From: a virus
Strand: one strand, 5' to 3'
IMG/VR virus record: IMGVR_UViG_3300029794_000022
DNA: 34,983 nt
Both the position numbers and the translations under genes were made by a program. The notes under the pieces are model-generated. The model did not search any database. It worked only from the letters and a program-made list of their open reading frames with translations, and had not been told where the DNA came from. This document shows, piece after piece, positions 1 through 7,638 of this stretch; the first letter of the stretch is position 1; each line of letters starts with the position of its first letter.

Positions 1-123
1 TAATTGTCGCCTTCGCTCGCAACCCGATATTATCCTCATGCAGCTCTAGGTTGCCCTGCTTGGTCGAGCCAAGATCGCGATTAGTGTCGTGATTCAGCAA
101 GACATGGATATCGTCGTTGCGTT
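1..123. repeat. Terminal direct repeat, identical to 34861-34983; indicates a circularly closed or terminally redundant genome with a 34,860-bp unit
   Basis: Base-by-base identity of 1-123 with 34861-34983. Confidence 0.95.
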
Positions 124-262
124 CGATTGCACGTTCGAAAGCGCCCGCCTTGATACGCTCACGGAATTTGCCGATACGCGAATTCAACGGCCTCGATAAT
201 CTTTCGATACTGTTGACGTACCCGTCGATCTCGACACTGTCATTCCTGATATTGATTCTCAT
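1..262 (-). CDS. HK97-family prohead protease, N-terminal part; the gene wraps the junction and continues at 34860 down to 34457
   Basis: ATG at 262 follows AGGAGGTG plus a 6-nt spacer. My translation, MRINIRNDSVEIDGYVNSIERLSRPLNSRIGKFRERIKAGAFERAIERNDDIHVLLNHD, is in frame with ORF 34457-34960. Overlaps the portal stop by 23 nt. Confidence 0.85.
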   Translation of the reverse strand, partial: MRINIRNDSVEIDGYVNSIERLSRPLNSRIGKFRERIKAGAFERAIERNDDIHVLLNHDTNRDLGSTKQGNLELHEDNIGLRAKATI

Positions 263-1499
263 TATCTGCACCTCCTGCATCAATGATACCGCCGTTGTCA
301 TGCGTATCAGTCGCTGGAAACTCCATCGAATTATCCGGTTGCGCTGTCTTTGTGCTATCGGTGTTCGGCGTGTAAATCTCGCCAGTCTGCGTATTGTAAA
401 GCACGCTGTCAAGTCCAAGGTTGAGAATGTCCATGCCGTCAATCGCATTCATATTCTCGGCCTGCCGCATTTCGTTGATGGTCATCAGTCCACACTGCTT
501 CGCCAGCTGATACACCTCGAAACGTTCCTTGATATTCGCCTTGATAATCTCCTTGGTGTCGAACGCGAAATAGTACTTTTTCTTTTCCGATTCCAAGAGC
601 AAATCACGGTTAAGTGCTGTCTCGAAAGCGCGGATAATCGGATAAATCGCAAACTTGAAAGTTTCCTCAAAATTATCCTTGATATGGAAGATGTTATTTA
701 TTTCATCTTCAAGTGTTTTCTTGCTCTCATTCAACTGCATTTCAACGCTTGAATTTGATGCTTCTTGGAATTCCAAGCCGTTGTTAAGCACCACGACATT
801 CTCGGAATTGTTGGCATAGAGGTTGCGCCAAGCATTCTTCAGGATGTCGATTTCCTCCTGACCGAGCTTGCGGGTGGCCTTGAGGAAGCCTTTCTTGTTA
901 CCGCCACTCTTGACAAGGTAAAGCTGATAGAGCAACGTCTGATAAGCTGTTTCCAGCGCCTTGGACACTTCAGCCGTCAAGCCCACACCGCTTGCGCCGT
1001 CCTTCGTATTCCGGAGCAGCTTGACAAATTCAAAAGGCTTGTAGATGTCCGAACCCACAAGGATGTCATAGTCCTTGTGGATCGGGTCTGAATTGATGTT
1101 GATCGATACATTATTCGTCGCCACATAGTAGAGTCCGGTCACGTCATTACGGCTACGCTCGATGTAGCAATAGCCGCCTTTATCCAAGAGATAATCTTCG
1201 ACCATCGCCTTCTTAAGCTGGAAGCCGTCCAGCGTGTCGCCGGTATCGCCATTGAGCATAGTCGCGCGAGCATCGTCCACCCGCTCCACATTGCCCTTCT
1301 TGATGCGGTAAAGATACACCGGCATTGATGCGATAGCGCCGGAAATGAAGTCCACAGCGCCGCTCACAGCCGGTAAGGTCATCGCCTTCTGCCGATCAAT
1401 CGTGTCACCAGCCAGCAATGCTCTAAGCAATACATCACTCACCTGCGGCTCGACCACCGGTTCGACGTCTCTTTTATGCCGATTGAAAAAACCCATCAT
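240..1499 (-). CDS. Portal protein, HK97 family
   Basis: 419-aa ORF between terL and the protease; sequence resembles HK97-type portals (GGNKKGFLK...LNNGLEFQE); ribosome-binding site (RBS) AAGGCAGGTG upstream. Confidence 0.85.
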   Translation of the reverse strand: MMGFFNRHKRDVEPVVEPQVSDVLLRALLAGDTIDRQKAMTLPAVSGAVDFISGAIASMPVYLYRIKKGNVERVDDARATMLNGDTGDTLDGFQLKKAMVEDYLLDKGGYCYIERSRNDVTGLYYVATNNVSININSDPIHKDYDILVGSDIYKPFEFVKLLRNTKDGASGVGLTAEVSKALETAYQTLLYQLYLVKSGGNKKGFLKATRKLGQEEIDILKNAWRNLYANNSENVVVLNNGLEFQEASNSSVEMQLNESKKTLEDEINNIFHIKDNFEETFKFAIYPIIRAFETALNRDLLLESEKKKYYFAFDTKEIIKANIKERFEVYQLAKQCGLMTINEMRQAENMNAIDGMDILNLGLDSVLYNTQTGEIYTPNTDSTKTAQPDNSMEFPATDTHDNGGIIDAGGADNENQYQE

Positions 1500-1528
1500 A
1501 TCACCTGCCTTATGCGATTAATTCTAGA

Positions 1529-3208
1529 CTAGATTACTTGGATGCCGACCCCACCATCACCCAGCACATAATCCTGCTGCAGCAAATACATAGCGTTAAT
1601 CAAGCTGACAACCATATCAACCTTGCCCTTCGACTTCTTCTTGTGGACATAAAGATTCATGTTGCTATCGTAAGTGCATCGGGCATTCTGGAAGTTAATC
1701 TCAAGCAAGCGGTTCGGCGCATACGCGAATTCTCCCTTGAGTATCTTCTCCTTGAGCCATTTGGTAGGCGGGTGGAGCACCGAGCTATGCTGTCGAATCT
1801 CTACAGTGTTGTATCCCGCTTCGTCCAGCTTCTGCGCGGTTGACATGGCGTTCCAGCGGTCATACCCGATTGCCTGAATCTTCACGCCATACTTTTCCTC
1901 GATACCCATGATGAAGTCTTCGACTGCCTTGTAGTCGATGATCTTGTCACCGCAAGCAATGCACTCCCCGGTACGGATATATTCGCGGTAGTCGATTTTC
2001 TCATAGGCGTTCTTCTCATCGATACGATCAGCCGGAATAAAGGCGATGGAATCGGCAAGCACAGTGCCATCGTCATCCACCGACACCATTGACACGCTCG
2101 TATTGTCGTTGGTCATCGACAAGTCAAGACCAAGATACACAGTGCGCCCAGCCCAATCGATCTGAGACACCTTGCACGCCTGCACATCAGCCACGTCAAT
2201 ATAAGTCTCCGTGCCCTGACCCTGATAGATGATGTTGCAGTGTTTGGTGAGGAAATTCTCGCGAGCCGATTCCACCGCGATCGCATAAGCCCGCTTCTTT
2301 TTCAGGTCTTCCCAGATCTCCGGAATCTCCAAGGACACCGGATTAGCTTGACGCAATACCAAGTCATCCGTCATCCAGTCCTTTGTCTCGTCAGGCTCAT
2401 AAAGCAGCGAGAATCGCGTCTCGTCCTCAATCAAGCCATCAAGCACCTTCTTGCAATATCCGACTTCATCCTCAAAAGGATTGTCAATAGTCGGGTATTT
2501 GGTGCTGATGATAAAGCCCAATTTATTCAGGATATTCAGCTGACCAGACCTCATTGCTTCGATAGCATATGATGTCGGCAGTGCCCCCACCTCGTCTGCA
2601 CAGAAGGCGTTAGGCAAGCGTCCATCCATACGTGACGTGGAATAGCTCAGGGGTATGTACTGCGTACTCGTCGGCTTGAAGGTGATGCTGTCACGAAGGA
2701 TCTTGAAGCGCAGCGAATCACCGAAGCTATACACGTCCGGTGAGCTTTTAAGCGTCTCCGATATTGCTTCACGCACCTCACGGCTCAACGTGCCATCTGG
2801 AGCCACAGAGTAAAATTTACTAAAACGCGGCTCAGTCAAGAACAGCAAGATGAAGATGGTCGCAATAGTGTACGTTTTGAAGTTCTTGCGGCTAATCTCA
2901 AGCAAACATGTCTCGTACTTGCGCTTCTTCGGGTTATCCCTGCGCACAGTGCAAAGCGTAGCCGTGTAAAACAGCCACTGATATCCGGTAGTGCAATCGT
3001 ACAATGATTGCCCGGCACGCAAGCCCTTCGGCATACGCAAAACCTTGAGAATCGCGTACAGTTGCTTAACCTTGCGGTTGCTTACCTTGTATGTTTCGTC
3101 CTTGCCATCGCAAATAGACATCCACTGTTCCATTTGTTTCCGCACGTAATTCGGTGTGGTCGGCTTATCAATGCACTGCAAGCAATACTCGTAAGCCTTA
3201 TTCATCAT
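1529..3208 (-). CDS. terL: Terminase large subunit
   Basis: About 560-aa ORF upstream of portal with a Walker-B-like ADEVG and a nuclease C-terminal half. ATG ATG at 3208/3205 overlaps the end of the methyltransferase gene; the GTG at 3217 is also possible. Confidence 0.85.
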   Translation of the reverse strand: MMNKAYEYCLQCIDKPTTPNYVRKQMEQWMSICDGKDETYKVSNRKVKQLYAILKVLRMPKGLRAGQSLYDCTTGYQWLFYTATLCTVRRDNPKKRKYETCLLEISRKNFKTYTIATIFILLFLTEPRFSKFYSVAPDGTLSREVREAISETLKSSPDVYSFGDSLRFKILRDSITFKPTSTQYIPLSYSTSRMDGRLPNAFCADEVGALPTSYAIEAMRSGQLNILNKLGFIISTKYPTIDNPFEDEVGYCKKVLDGLIEDETRFSLLYEPDETKDWMTDDLVLRQANPVSLEIPEIWEDLKKKRAYAIAVESARENFLTKHCNIIYQGQGTETYIDVADVQACKVSQIDWAGRTVYLGLDLSMTNDNTSVSMVSVDDDGTVLADSIAFIPADRIDEKNAYEKIDYREYIRTGECIACGDKIIDYKAVEDFIMGIEEKYGVKIQAIGYDRWNAMSTAQKLDEAGYNTVEIRQHSSVLHPPTKWLKEKILKGEFAYAPNRLLEINFQNARCTYDSNMNLYVHKKKSKGKVDMVVSLINAMYLLQQDYVLGDGGVGIQVI

Positions 3209-4070
3209 CACGATCACCCGCCATCACCGAATCGTAAAACCGCTCTTGCACGAACAGACACTCCGCGACACGCTTACGGTTTGAATGGTCAGCAAGCGAG
3301 CGAGAATCTCTCCGCGCAACCTCAACACACCCTTTCGGACATATGTACTCTGAAACGAACACCGGAAAATCAACCTCAGCCAGCCAATCCTCGAAAGCAT
3401 CATAATCAAAACCGGCACCATACTGGCTTATCGTCGTACCCTTATATGGCGGGTCGGCATACACAGTGGAACCATCAGACACATCAAAATCACGATAATC
3501 GCACCGCGACGTTTCAAGCTCAGCAGACGGGCACGCACAATGTATGTCCTGCAGACGGTTAGCACGCTCAATAGCCTGTAATTCCGACACGTTGCGGCCA
3601 ACTTTACCCCCGCACTGCAAATGGCTGGAAAGCGCCCTGATAAACACCTTGTACGCCGCGTACCTGTCAGCAACCGTCGCGCCGTACATCATGCGTTCAG
3701 CCGCAATGCACACATCCTCACTCTCGCTGCTGTAAATATAGCTCCTCTGGTCATTCCCAAAACTGTAAACAAGCCGGGAAAGCGTATCGGTTGATGCCTT
3801 GAATTGCTCGCGAGTAAGCGGAAAACCTGACACGTCAATATCGCCATTGACAGCCCTAGCGAAAACCTCCGGCGCATCAGAGATATCATTCGCAATCACA
3901 CGCTTGAATTTCCCGGAAAGCATCGCGCAATGCGAGACAGCACAACCGCCAGCGAACAAGTCAACAAGCGTATCAGCTGCAGGAAGACTATCTACAACCC
4001 ACTCAGCAATACGATTCTTACTGCCCTTATACGGCAGTCCATACGCCTTACGCCTCTTCATCGTCATCAT
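3198..4070 (-). CDS. Dam-like (D12 class, alpha-type) N6-adenine DNA methyltransferase
   Basis: N-terminal PYKGSKNRIA, motif I DLFAGGCAVS, motif IV YADPPY. Overlaps the terS 3' end and the terL 5' end. Confidence 0.8.
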   Translation of the reverse strand: MMTMKRRKAYGLPYKGSKNRIAEWVVDSLPAADTLVDLFAGGCAVSHCAMLSGKFKRVIANDISDAPEVFARAVNGDIDVSGFPLTREQFKASTDTLSRLVYSFGNDQRSYIYSSESEDVCIAAERMMYGATVADRYAAYKVFIRALSSHLQCGGKVGRNVSELQAIERANRLQDIHCACPSAELETSRCDYRDFDVSDGSTVYADPPYKGTTISQYGAGFDYDAFEDWLAEVDFPVFVSEYICPKGCVEVARRDSRSLADHSNRKRVAECLFVQERFYDSVMAGDRDDE

Positions 4071-4434
4071 CCTCAGCCTCTCCGTTAATCAGCGCAAGCA
4101 GCGGGTCAACATCATCACCGTCACGTTCAGCGTCAGACTTGCCGAACCCTTGGATAATACGCATAAGCGTCGTTACAGTTCGATTGGCGGAATCCGTGGT
4201 CTTATTGTATTCGGTCACAGCCGGATTGCTGTAAAGGTTCTTGCGTCCCTTCACGTATTCCTTCTTGACAAGCATCCCACTCTCGTCCATGCTCTTTTCA
4301 AGCTCAGAGAGAATCTTAATCTGCACCTGATACCGCTTGAAAGTCGTGACGAAGAAGAAGTTTGTCTGGACGCCCGTTTCTTCAGCAATGCGCAGGATTT
4401 CGACTGCCTGCTCCTGTAGATTCATCTTTGCCAT
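4048..4434 (-). CDS. terS: Terminase small subunit, P27-like family
   Basis: MAKMNLQEQAVEILRIAEETGV...YQVQIKILSELEK... pattern. GGAGGTA sits 6 nt upstream of the ATG at 4434; the track ORF starts earlier, at 4461. Confidence 0.75.
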   Translation of the reverse strand: MAKMNLQEQAVEILRIAEETGVQTNFFFVTTFKRYQVQIKILSELEKSMDESGMLVKKEYVKGRKNLYSNPAVTEYNKTTDSANRTVTTLMRIIQGFGKSDAERDGDDVDPLLALINGEAEDDDDEEA

Positions 4435-4496
4435 ATTAGCTACCTCCGTTTTCTGTGGCATCGCTTAGAATCTTCGTGTAGGGATTCGCGTCCCAC

Positions 4497-5747
4497 TCAA
4501 TCCTCATCGGTCTTTCCAAGGTTCGCGACTATGCCGCGTTCACGTTCCGACAACTCCCAGACATACTCCAGGTCATCCGTGTTGGCCGCTTCAGCTTCAC
4601 GCTTGGCCGCTTCAGCTTCACGCTTGGCCGCTTCAGCTTCACGCTTGGCCGCTTCAGCTTCACGCGCCGCACTCTCCGAGAGCAAGAACCCATTGCCGTA
4701 AATGGCCTTCCCCACAGACCTCTGCGCGTCCAAAGCGGAAATACGCGCCGCGTCCTCACGGCGAAGTTTGAAATCCACGCCACGCGAACACCAGAGAGAG
4801 ACCATAGCGGAAGTAATCACCTCAGCCGGATACGAATATTTCGGCAGCTGCTTCTTCTCAAGATTAGCGTCATTCGCCTGCCGCAAAGCAACCGCGAGCG
4901 CAGGTGCCGTCCTCACAATCAAATCTGGCTCCAAATTCGTTACGAACGACGTACCCACTACCGCGCCATTCTCGTAAGTGATACCACCGCCACACGGAAT
5001 GTAACACACGCCATCAACCCGACCGAACAGGGTCAACGTAGGTGCGAAAAGGAAAAACCGCACGCCATGCTCCTGATAGAACCTCTGGATCTCCGCAAGA
5101 ATCGAAAACGGCGGATTATCCACGACGCAACAGCCCGGCGCGTAAACCTCCGAACGATAATCACCGCCCGGATAAAACGGGCGCATCATGTCCGCGCGAT
5201 CAACACCATACTCCTGCGACACCCACGCGGCCACAGCCTCATAAACATTATCAGGCGTATAACAGTCATCTGTAGTCTTCTTCGGCTTGAACTTGTCAAC
5301 GAACTCGTTATATTCATCGTTGCCGTCCTCGTGGTCATCCCCGTCCTTCGTGCCACGGTCGAACCATCCATCGGTACTCAACTCAAACCCAAAAGAACCC
5401 ATGTCAATGTCCGGGATCTCCCCAAGCTCAATATCAAGCTTCCCCAGATCCCATTCCGCAAGCTCCCCGACACGATTGTCTGCAAGCCGGAACGCCTTCA
5501 CCTGCTCTGGGGACAAATCATCTGCCACGATAACCGGCACGGAATCCAAACCGAGCTTCTTCGCAGCCTTCAACCGAGTGTGGCCCGCGACAATCACACC
5601 ATCGGAATCGACCACAATAGGCACCTTGAAACCGAATTCCTTGATGCTAGCGGCTACAGCATCCACCGCACCATCATTAAGACGCGGATTATTCACATAC
5701 GGGATCAAACCCGCCACATTCCTGTACTCCACTTTCAGCTTGCTCAT
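4497..5747 (-). CDS. ParB-like N-terminal nuclease domain fused to a putative N6-adenine methyltransferase-like domain
   Basis: N-terminus PYVNNPRLN...GHTRLKAAKKLG (ParB/Srx fold motif). Central DCYTP...VVDNPPFS (NPPF motif IV). C-terminal (EAEAAKR)x4. RBS GAAAGGA lies before the ATG at 5747. Confidence 0.65.
   Translation of the reverse strand: MSKLKVEYRNVAGLIPYVNNPRLNDGAVDAVAASIKEFGFKVPIVVDSDGVIVAGHTRLKAAKKLGLDSVPVIVADDLSPEQVKAFRLADNRVGELAEWDLGKLDIELGEIPDIDMGSFGFELSTDGWFDRGTKDGDDHEDGNDEYNEFVDKFKPKKTTDDCYTPDNVYEAVAAWVSQEYGVDRADMMRPFYPGGDYRSEVYAPGCCVVDNPPFSILAEIQRFYQEHGVRFFLFAPTLTLFGRVDGVCYIPCGGGITYENGAVVGTSFVTNLEPDLIVRTAPALAVALRQANDANLEKKQLPKYSYPAEVITSAMVSLWCSRGVDFKLRREDAARISALDAQRSVGKAIYGNGFLLSESAAREAEAAKREAEAAKREAEAAKREAEAANTDDLEYVWELSERERGIVANLGKTDED
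4584..4667. repeat. In-frame 21-bp tandem repeat x4 (3 perfect and 1 near-perfect) encoding EAEAAKR heptads
   Basis: Unit ggccgcttcagcttcacgctt at 4584, 4605, 4626 and 4647. Confidence 0.95.
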
Positions 5748-5790
5748 GAATATCAATCCTTTCTATATCGTTTACTTGGCACCTAAATTT

Positions 5791-5850
5791 TTATCAACCG
5801 TTATCACGCTTTATTCAAGTGTATCAACGGTTTTCAGCGCATTATCAAGG
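5791..5850. repeat. Six consecutive 10-bp-phased TTATCA-like boxes; candidate terminase or ParB recognition and bending array (cosB/pac-like)
   Basis: ttatcaaccg / ttatcacgct / ttattcaagt / gtatcaacgg / ttttcagcgc / attatcaagg, each starting exactly 10 bp apart. Confidence 0.5.
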
Positions 5851-5938
5851 GGTTTTCCAAAAAAAGAACGTAAAACAGATATTTTGTATTTAGAGGTGGC
5901 GTGTTGGTGTTGATTGAGCCGAGTTTAATTGGCGGTCT

Positions 5939-5951
5939 CCCCCGGGGGGGG
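5939..5951. other. C5G8 tract (CCCCCGGGGG palindrome plus GGG) 4 nt downstream of the HNH stop; candidate cos cleavage region
   Basis: ggcggtctCCCCCGGGGGGGGatg; the only such G/C palindrome in the packaging-gene upstream region. Confidence 0.3.
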
Positions 5952-5954
5952 ATG

Positions 5955-6323
5955 TTAGTTTTCGTCGTGTCGTTTTTGCGCGAGTTGTTTGAGGTAGGTT
6001 GAGTCTATCTGCCCTGCGTCTGCTTGCTTGTGATGTGGCACGCATAGGCAGATCAGGTTATCGTCATCGGTTAGCAGGTCTGGATTCGTGTTGAGCTTGA
6101 CAATATGGTGTACTTCCAGTCCATTGGTGGTGATGATGCCCTTAGCCTTGCATACCTCGCACATGTAGTTCGCGTCCTGTCTGATCTGCTCGCGCTTGCG
6201 TTGCCACCGATACGTGTTGCGGAGCTTGTCTATGTCGGTCTTCCGGTAGTGTCTTGCCGGTCTCTTCGGACAAGTGGCATTGATGTCGTGCATCCTGCCG
6301 CAGTATCCACATGCTTTAAGCAT
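5955..6323 (-). CDS. HNH endonuclease, terminase-associated type
   Basis: CGYCGR...EVHHIVKL...NLICLCVPHHKQ motifs. AAGGAGGT sits 7 nt before the ATG at 6323; the track start at 6353 lacks an RBS. Confidence 0.85.
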   Translation of the reverse strand: MLKACGYCGRMHDINATCPKRPARHYRKTDIDKLRNTYRWQRKREQIRQDANYMCEVCKAKGIITTNGLEVHHIVKLNTNPDLLTDDDNLICLCVPHHKQADAGQIDSTYLKQLAQKRHDEN

Positions 6324-6398
6324 TCCAGTCACCTCCTTGTCTAGCACTATCATAGTGTGTTTCTTGAGGGAGTGAGTGAGCTTAGGTGGAGAGAGTAA

Positions 6399-6768
6399 GC
6401 CTTAAGAGCTACAGGCAATTGCTTGTAGGTTAAGGCTTATTGACGGTTTCCGTCGGTCGGTCGTTCGCCCGGCTTCGGTCATAAGAGTGTTGCATTGCTA
6501 ACACTGGTGCGGCATACCCCAGCAGGTCGCATTTACATCTTTGATGTGATGGTGTCGGCACCCCGGTTATTCCACCATCGCCTGTTGGGTCGGTTGGACT
6601 AGCACCTCTAACGTGTGCCTCAACCAGTGTGAGTGGTCGTCCCGTTATCCGAGCTTGGGATATTGCTAGGAAGTTCTCGTGCCTTCGCACCCAAGTATGT
6701 GGTATACTTGGCTTTGTTGAATCGTTATGGCTCCATCATAGCACATTGTGTTGTGATGGAGCTTTTTT
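6399..6768 (+). ncRNA. Candidate structured non-coding RNA of unassigned family; 5' end uncertain
   Basis: Nested helices 6399-6436, 6486-6505, 6506-10/6602-06, 6518-26/6581-89, 6535-47, 6548-54/6573-79 and 6691-6711. Several G.U pairs exist only on the plus strand. Ends in a strong plus-strand terminator. No ORF with an RBS. Confidence 0.45.
6730..6768 (+). terminator. Intrinsic terminator, plus-strand oriented
   Basis: 15-bp stem 6730-6744/6748-6762 with 2 G.U pairs that are valid only on the plus strand, then T6 at 6763-6768. Confidence 0.8.
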
Positions 6769-6783
6769 AATGTTTCGACGTAT

Positions 6784-7011
6784 CTACTTTGCCGTGTCTT
6801 CGGTTTTGGCTGTTGCGTGGCTAATACCTATGAGCGAACCGATAAGCACGCCGATCGCGTTGAGTGTTGTCACGATTGCGTCGGTATCATGCCAGCCCCA
6901 GACTGCGCCGATCACGCCGATGAAGGTGGCGATTGCCGGAAAGGCTATCAGTCCAGCCCACTTGAGTACTTCGTATGCTTTGTCGTTGAGCAAATATGTT
7001 TTGTTGTCCAT
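6784..7011 (-). CDS. Holin, phage phi LC3 family-like
   Basis: 75 aa; KAYEVLKWAGLIAFPAIATFIGVIGAVWGW...AIGVLIGSLIGIS matches the phiLC3-type holin pattern; two TM segments; RBS GAGGAAG. Confidence 0.7.
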   Translation of the reverse strand: MDNKTYLLNDKAYEVLKWAGLIAFPAIATFIGVIGAVWGWHDTDAIVTTLNAIGVLIGSLIGISHATAKTEDTAK

Positions 7012-7026
7012 TGGTCTTCCTCGCTT

Positions 7027-7101
7027 TCAGTGTTTGCCGACTTTTGTGATGATGATGAGTGTTACGCAGATGATGCTTGTGATTGCGATTGCGGTATTCA
7101 T
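7027..7101 (-). CDS. 24-aa hydrophobic micro-ORF (MNTAIAITSIICVTLIIITKVGKH)
   Basis: GAAAGGA lies 7 nt upstream of the ATG; single TM-like peptide; the stop lies 13 nt before the holin start codon, just upstream of the holin RBS. Too short for the ORF track. Confidence 0.4.
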   Translation of the reverse strand: MNTAIAITSIICVTLIIITKVGKH

Positions 7102-7128
7102 GTTTTTATCCTTTCTGTTGGTTCTATT

Positions 7129-7503
7129 CTAGTCTGATAGATGCACTACGGCTTTGCGCTGTGCAACATCCATGTTGGCTTGGGCTTCATGCACTTTATC
7201 CCGCGCCGCCTCAACATTTCCGTTGAGTTTGCCGTGCTGCAAGGCGATTAAACAGATTTCGTTTGCCGCTAGGCTCGCGTCGATACCTTTGAGCATGGCC
7301 TCATAAAGGTATTGTCGCTCGTTGTGTTGTTGGTCTCTTTTCGCGTCGATTATCGCCTGTTGTGCGCGGTATTGTGCCTCCTGCTGGTCGCGTTGTTTCA
7401 TCCGATTGTTGCCCACGCAGGTGATGATCGCGACAAAGATACTGGACACCGCCGCGCAACCGCTCGTGACTATTGCGACGATTACTTCCGTGCTTAGCAT
7501 CAT
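7129..7503 (-). CDS. N-terminally membrane-anchored coiled-coil protein; possibly lysis-associated
   Basis: AGAGGGGAA precedes ATG ATG at 7503. MMLSTEVIVAIVTSGCAAVSSIFVAIITCVG is a TM segment, followed by a Q/A/E-rich coiled coil. Confidence 0.55.
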   Translation of the reverse strand: MMLSTEVIVAIVTSGCAAVSSIFVAIITCVGNNRMKQRDQQEAQYRAQQAIIDAKRDQQHNERQYLYEAMLKGIDASLAANEICLIALQHGKLNGNVEAARDKVHEAQANMDVAQRKAVVHLSD

Positions 7504-7638
7504 TTCCCCTCTAATCACTCCAGTTTTTCTATTGTGATTATAGCGTGATACTAGCGGGATTCGCGGGACAGTTCGTGCTATGATTTGCTTGTACTCATTT
7601 TGAGTATCCTTTCGGTTTGGTTGGTGATTGGGCATGGC

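Noticed and set aside
1-123. The 123-bp terminal repeat as a biological direct terminal repeat of the virion DNA
   Set aside because: It cannot be told apart from an assembler overlap using sequence alone. The repeat lies in the middle of the protease gene rather than in a non-coding packaging region, which favours an assembly artefact from a circular or permuted molecule.
6430-6690. An 86-aa minus-strand ORF, and the 167-aa plus-strand ORF at 6629-7132, inside the non-coding gap
   Set aside because: Neither start has an RBS. The 86-aa product is rich in Pro, Arg, Gly and Thr and does not look like a protein. The plus-strand ORF runs straight through a strong terminator and overlaps the holin gene on the other strand.
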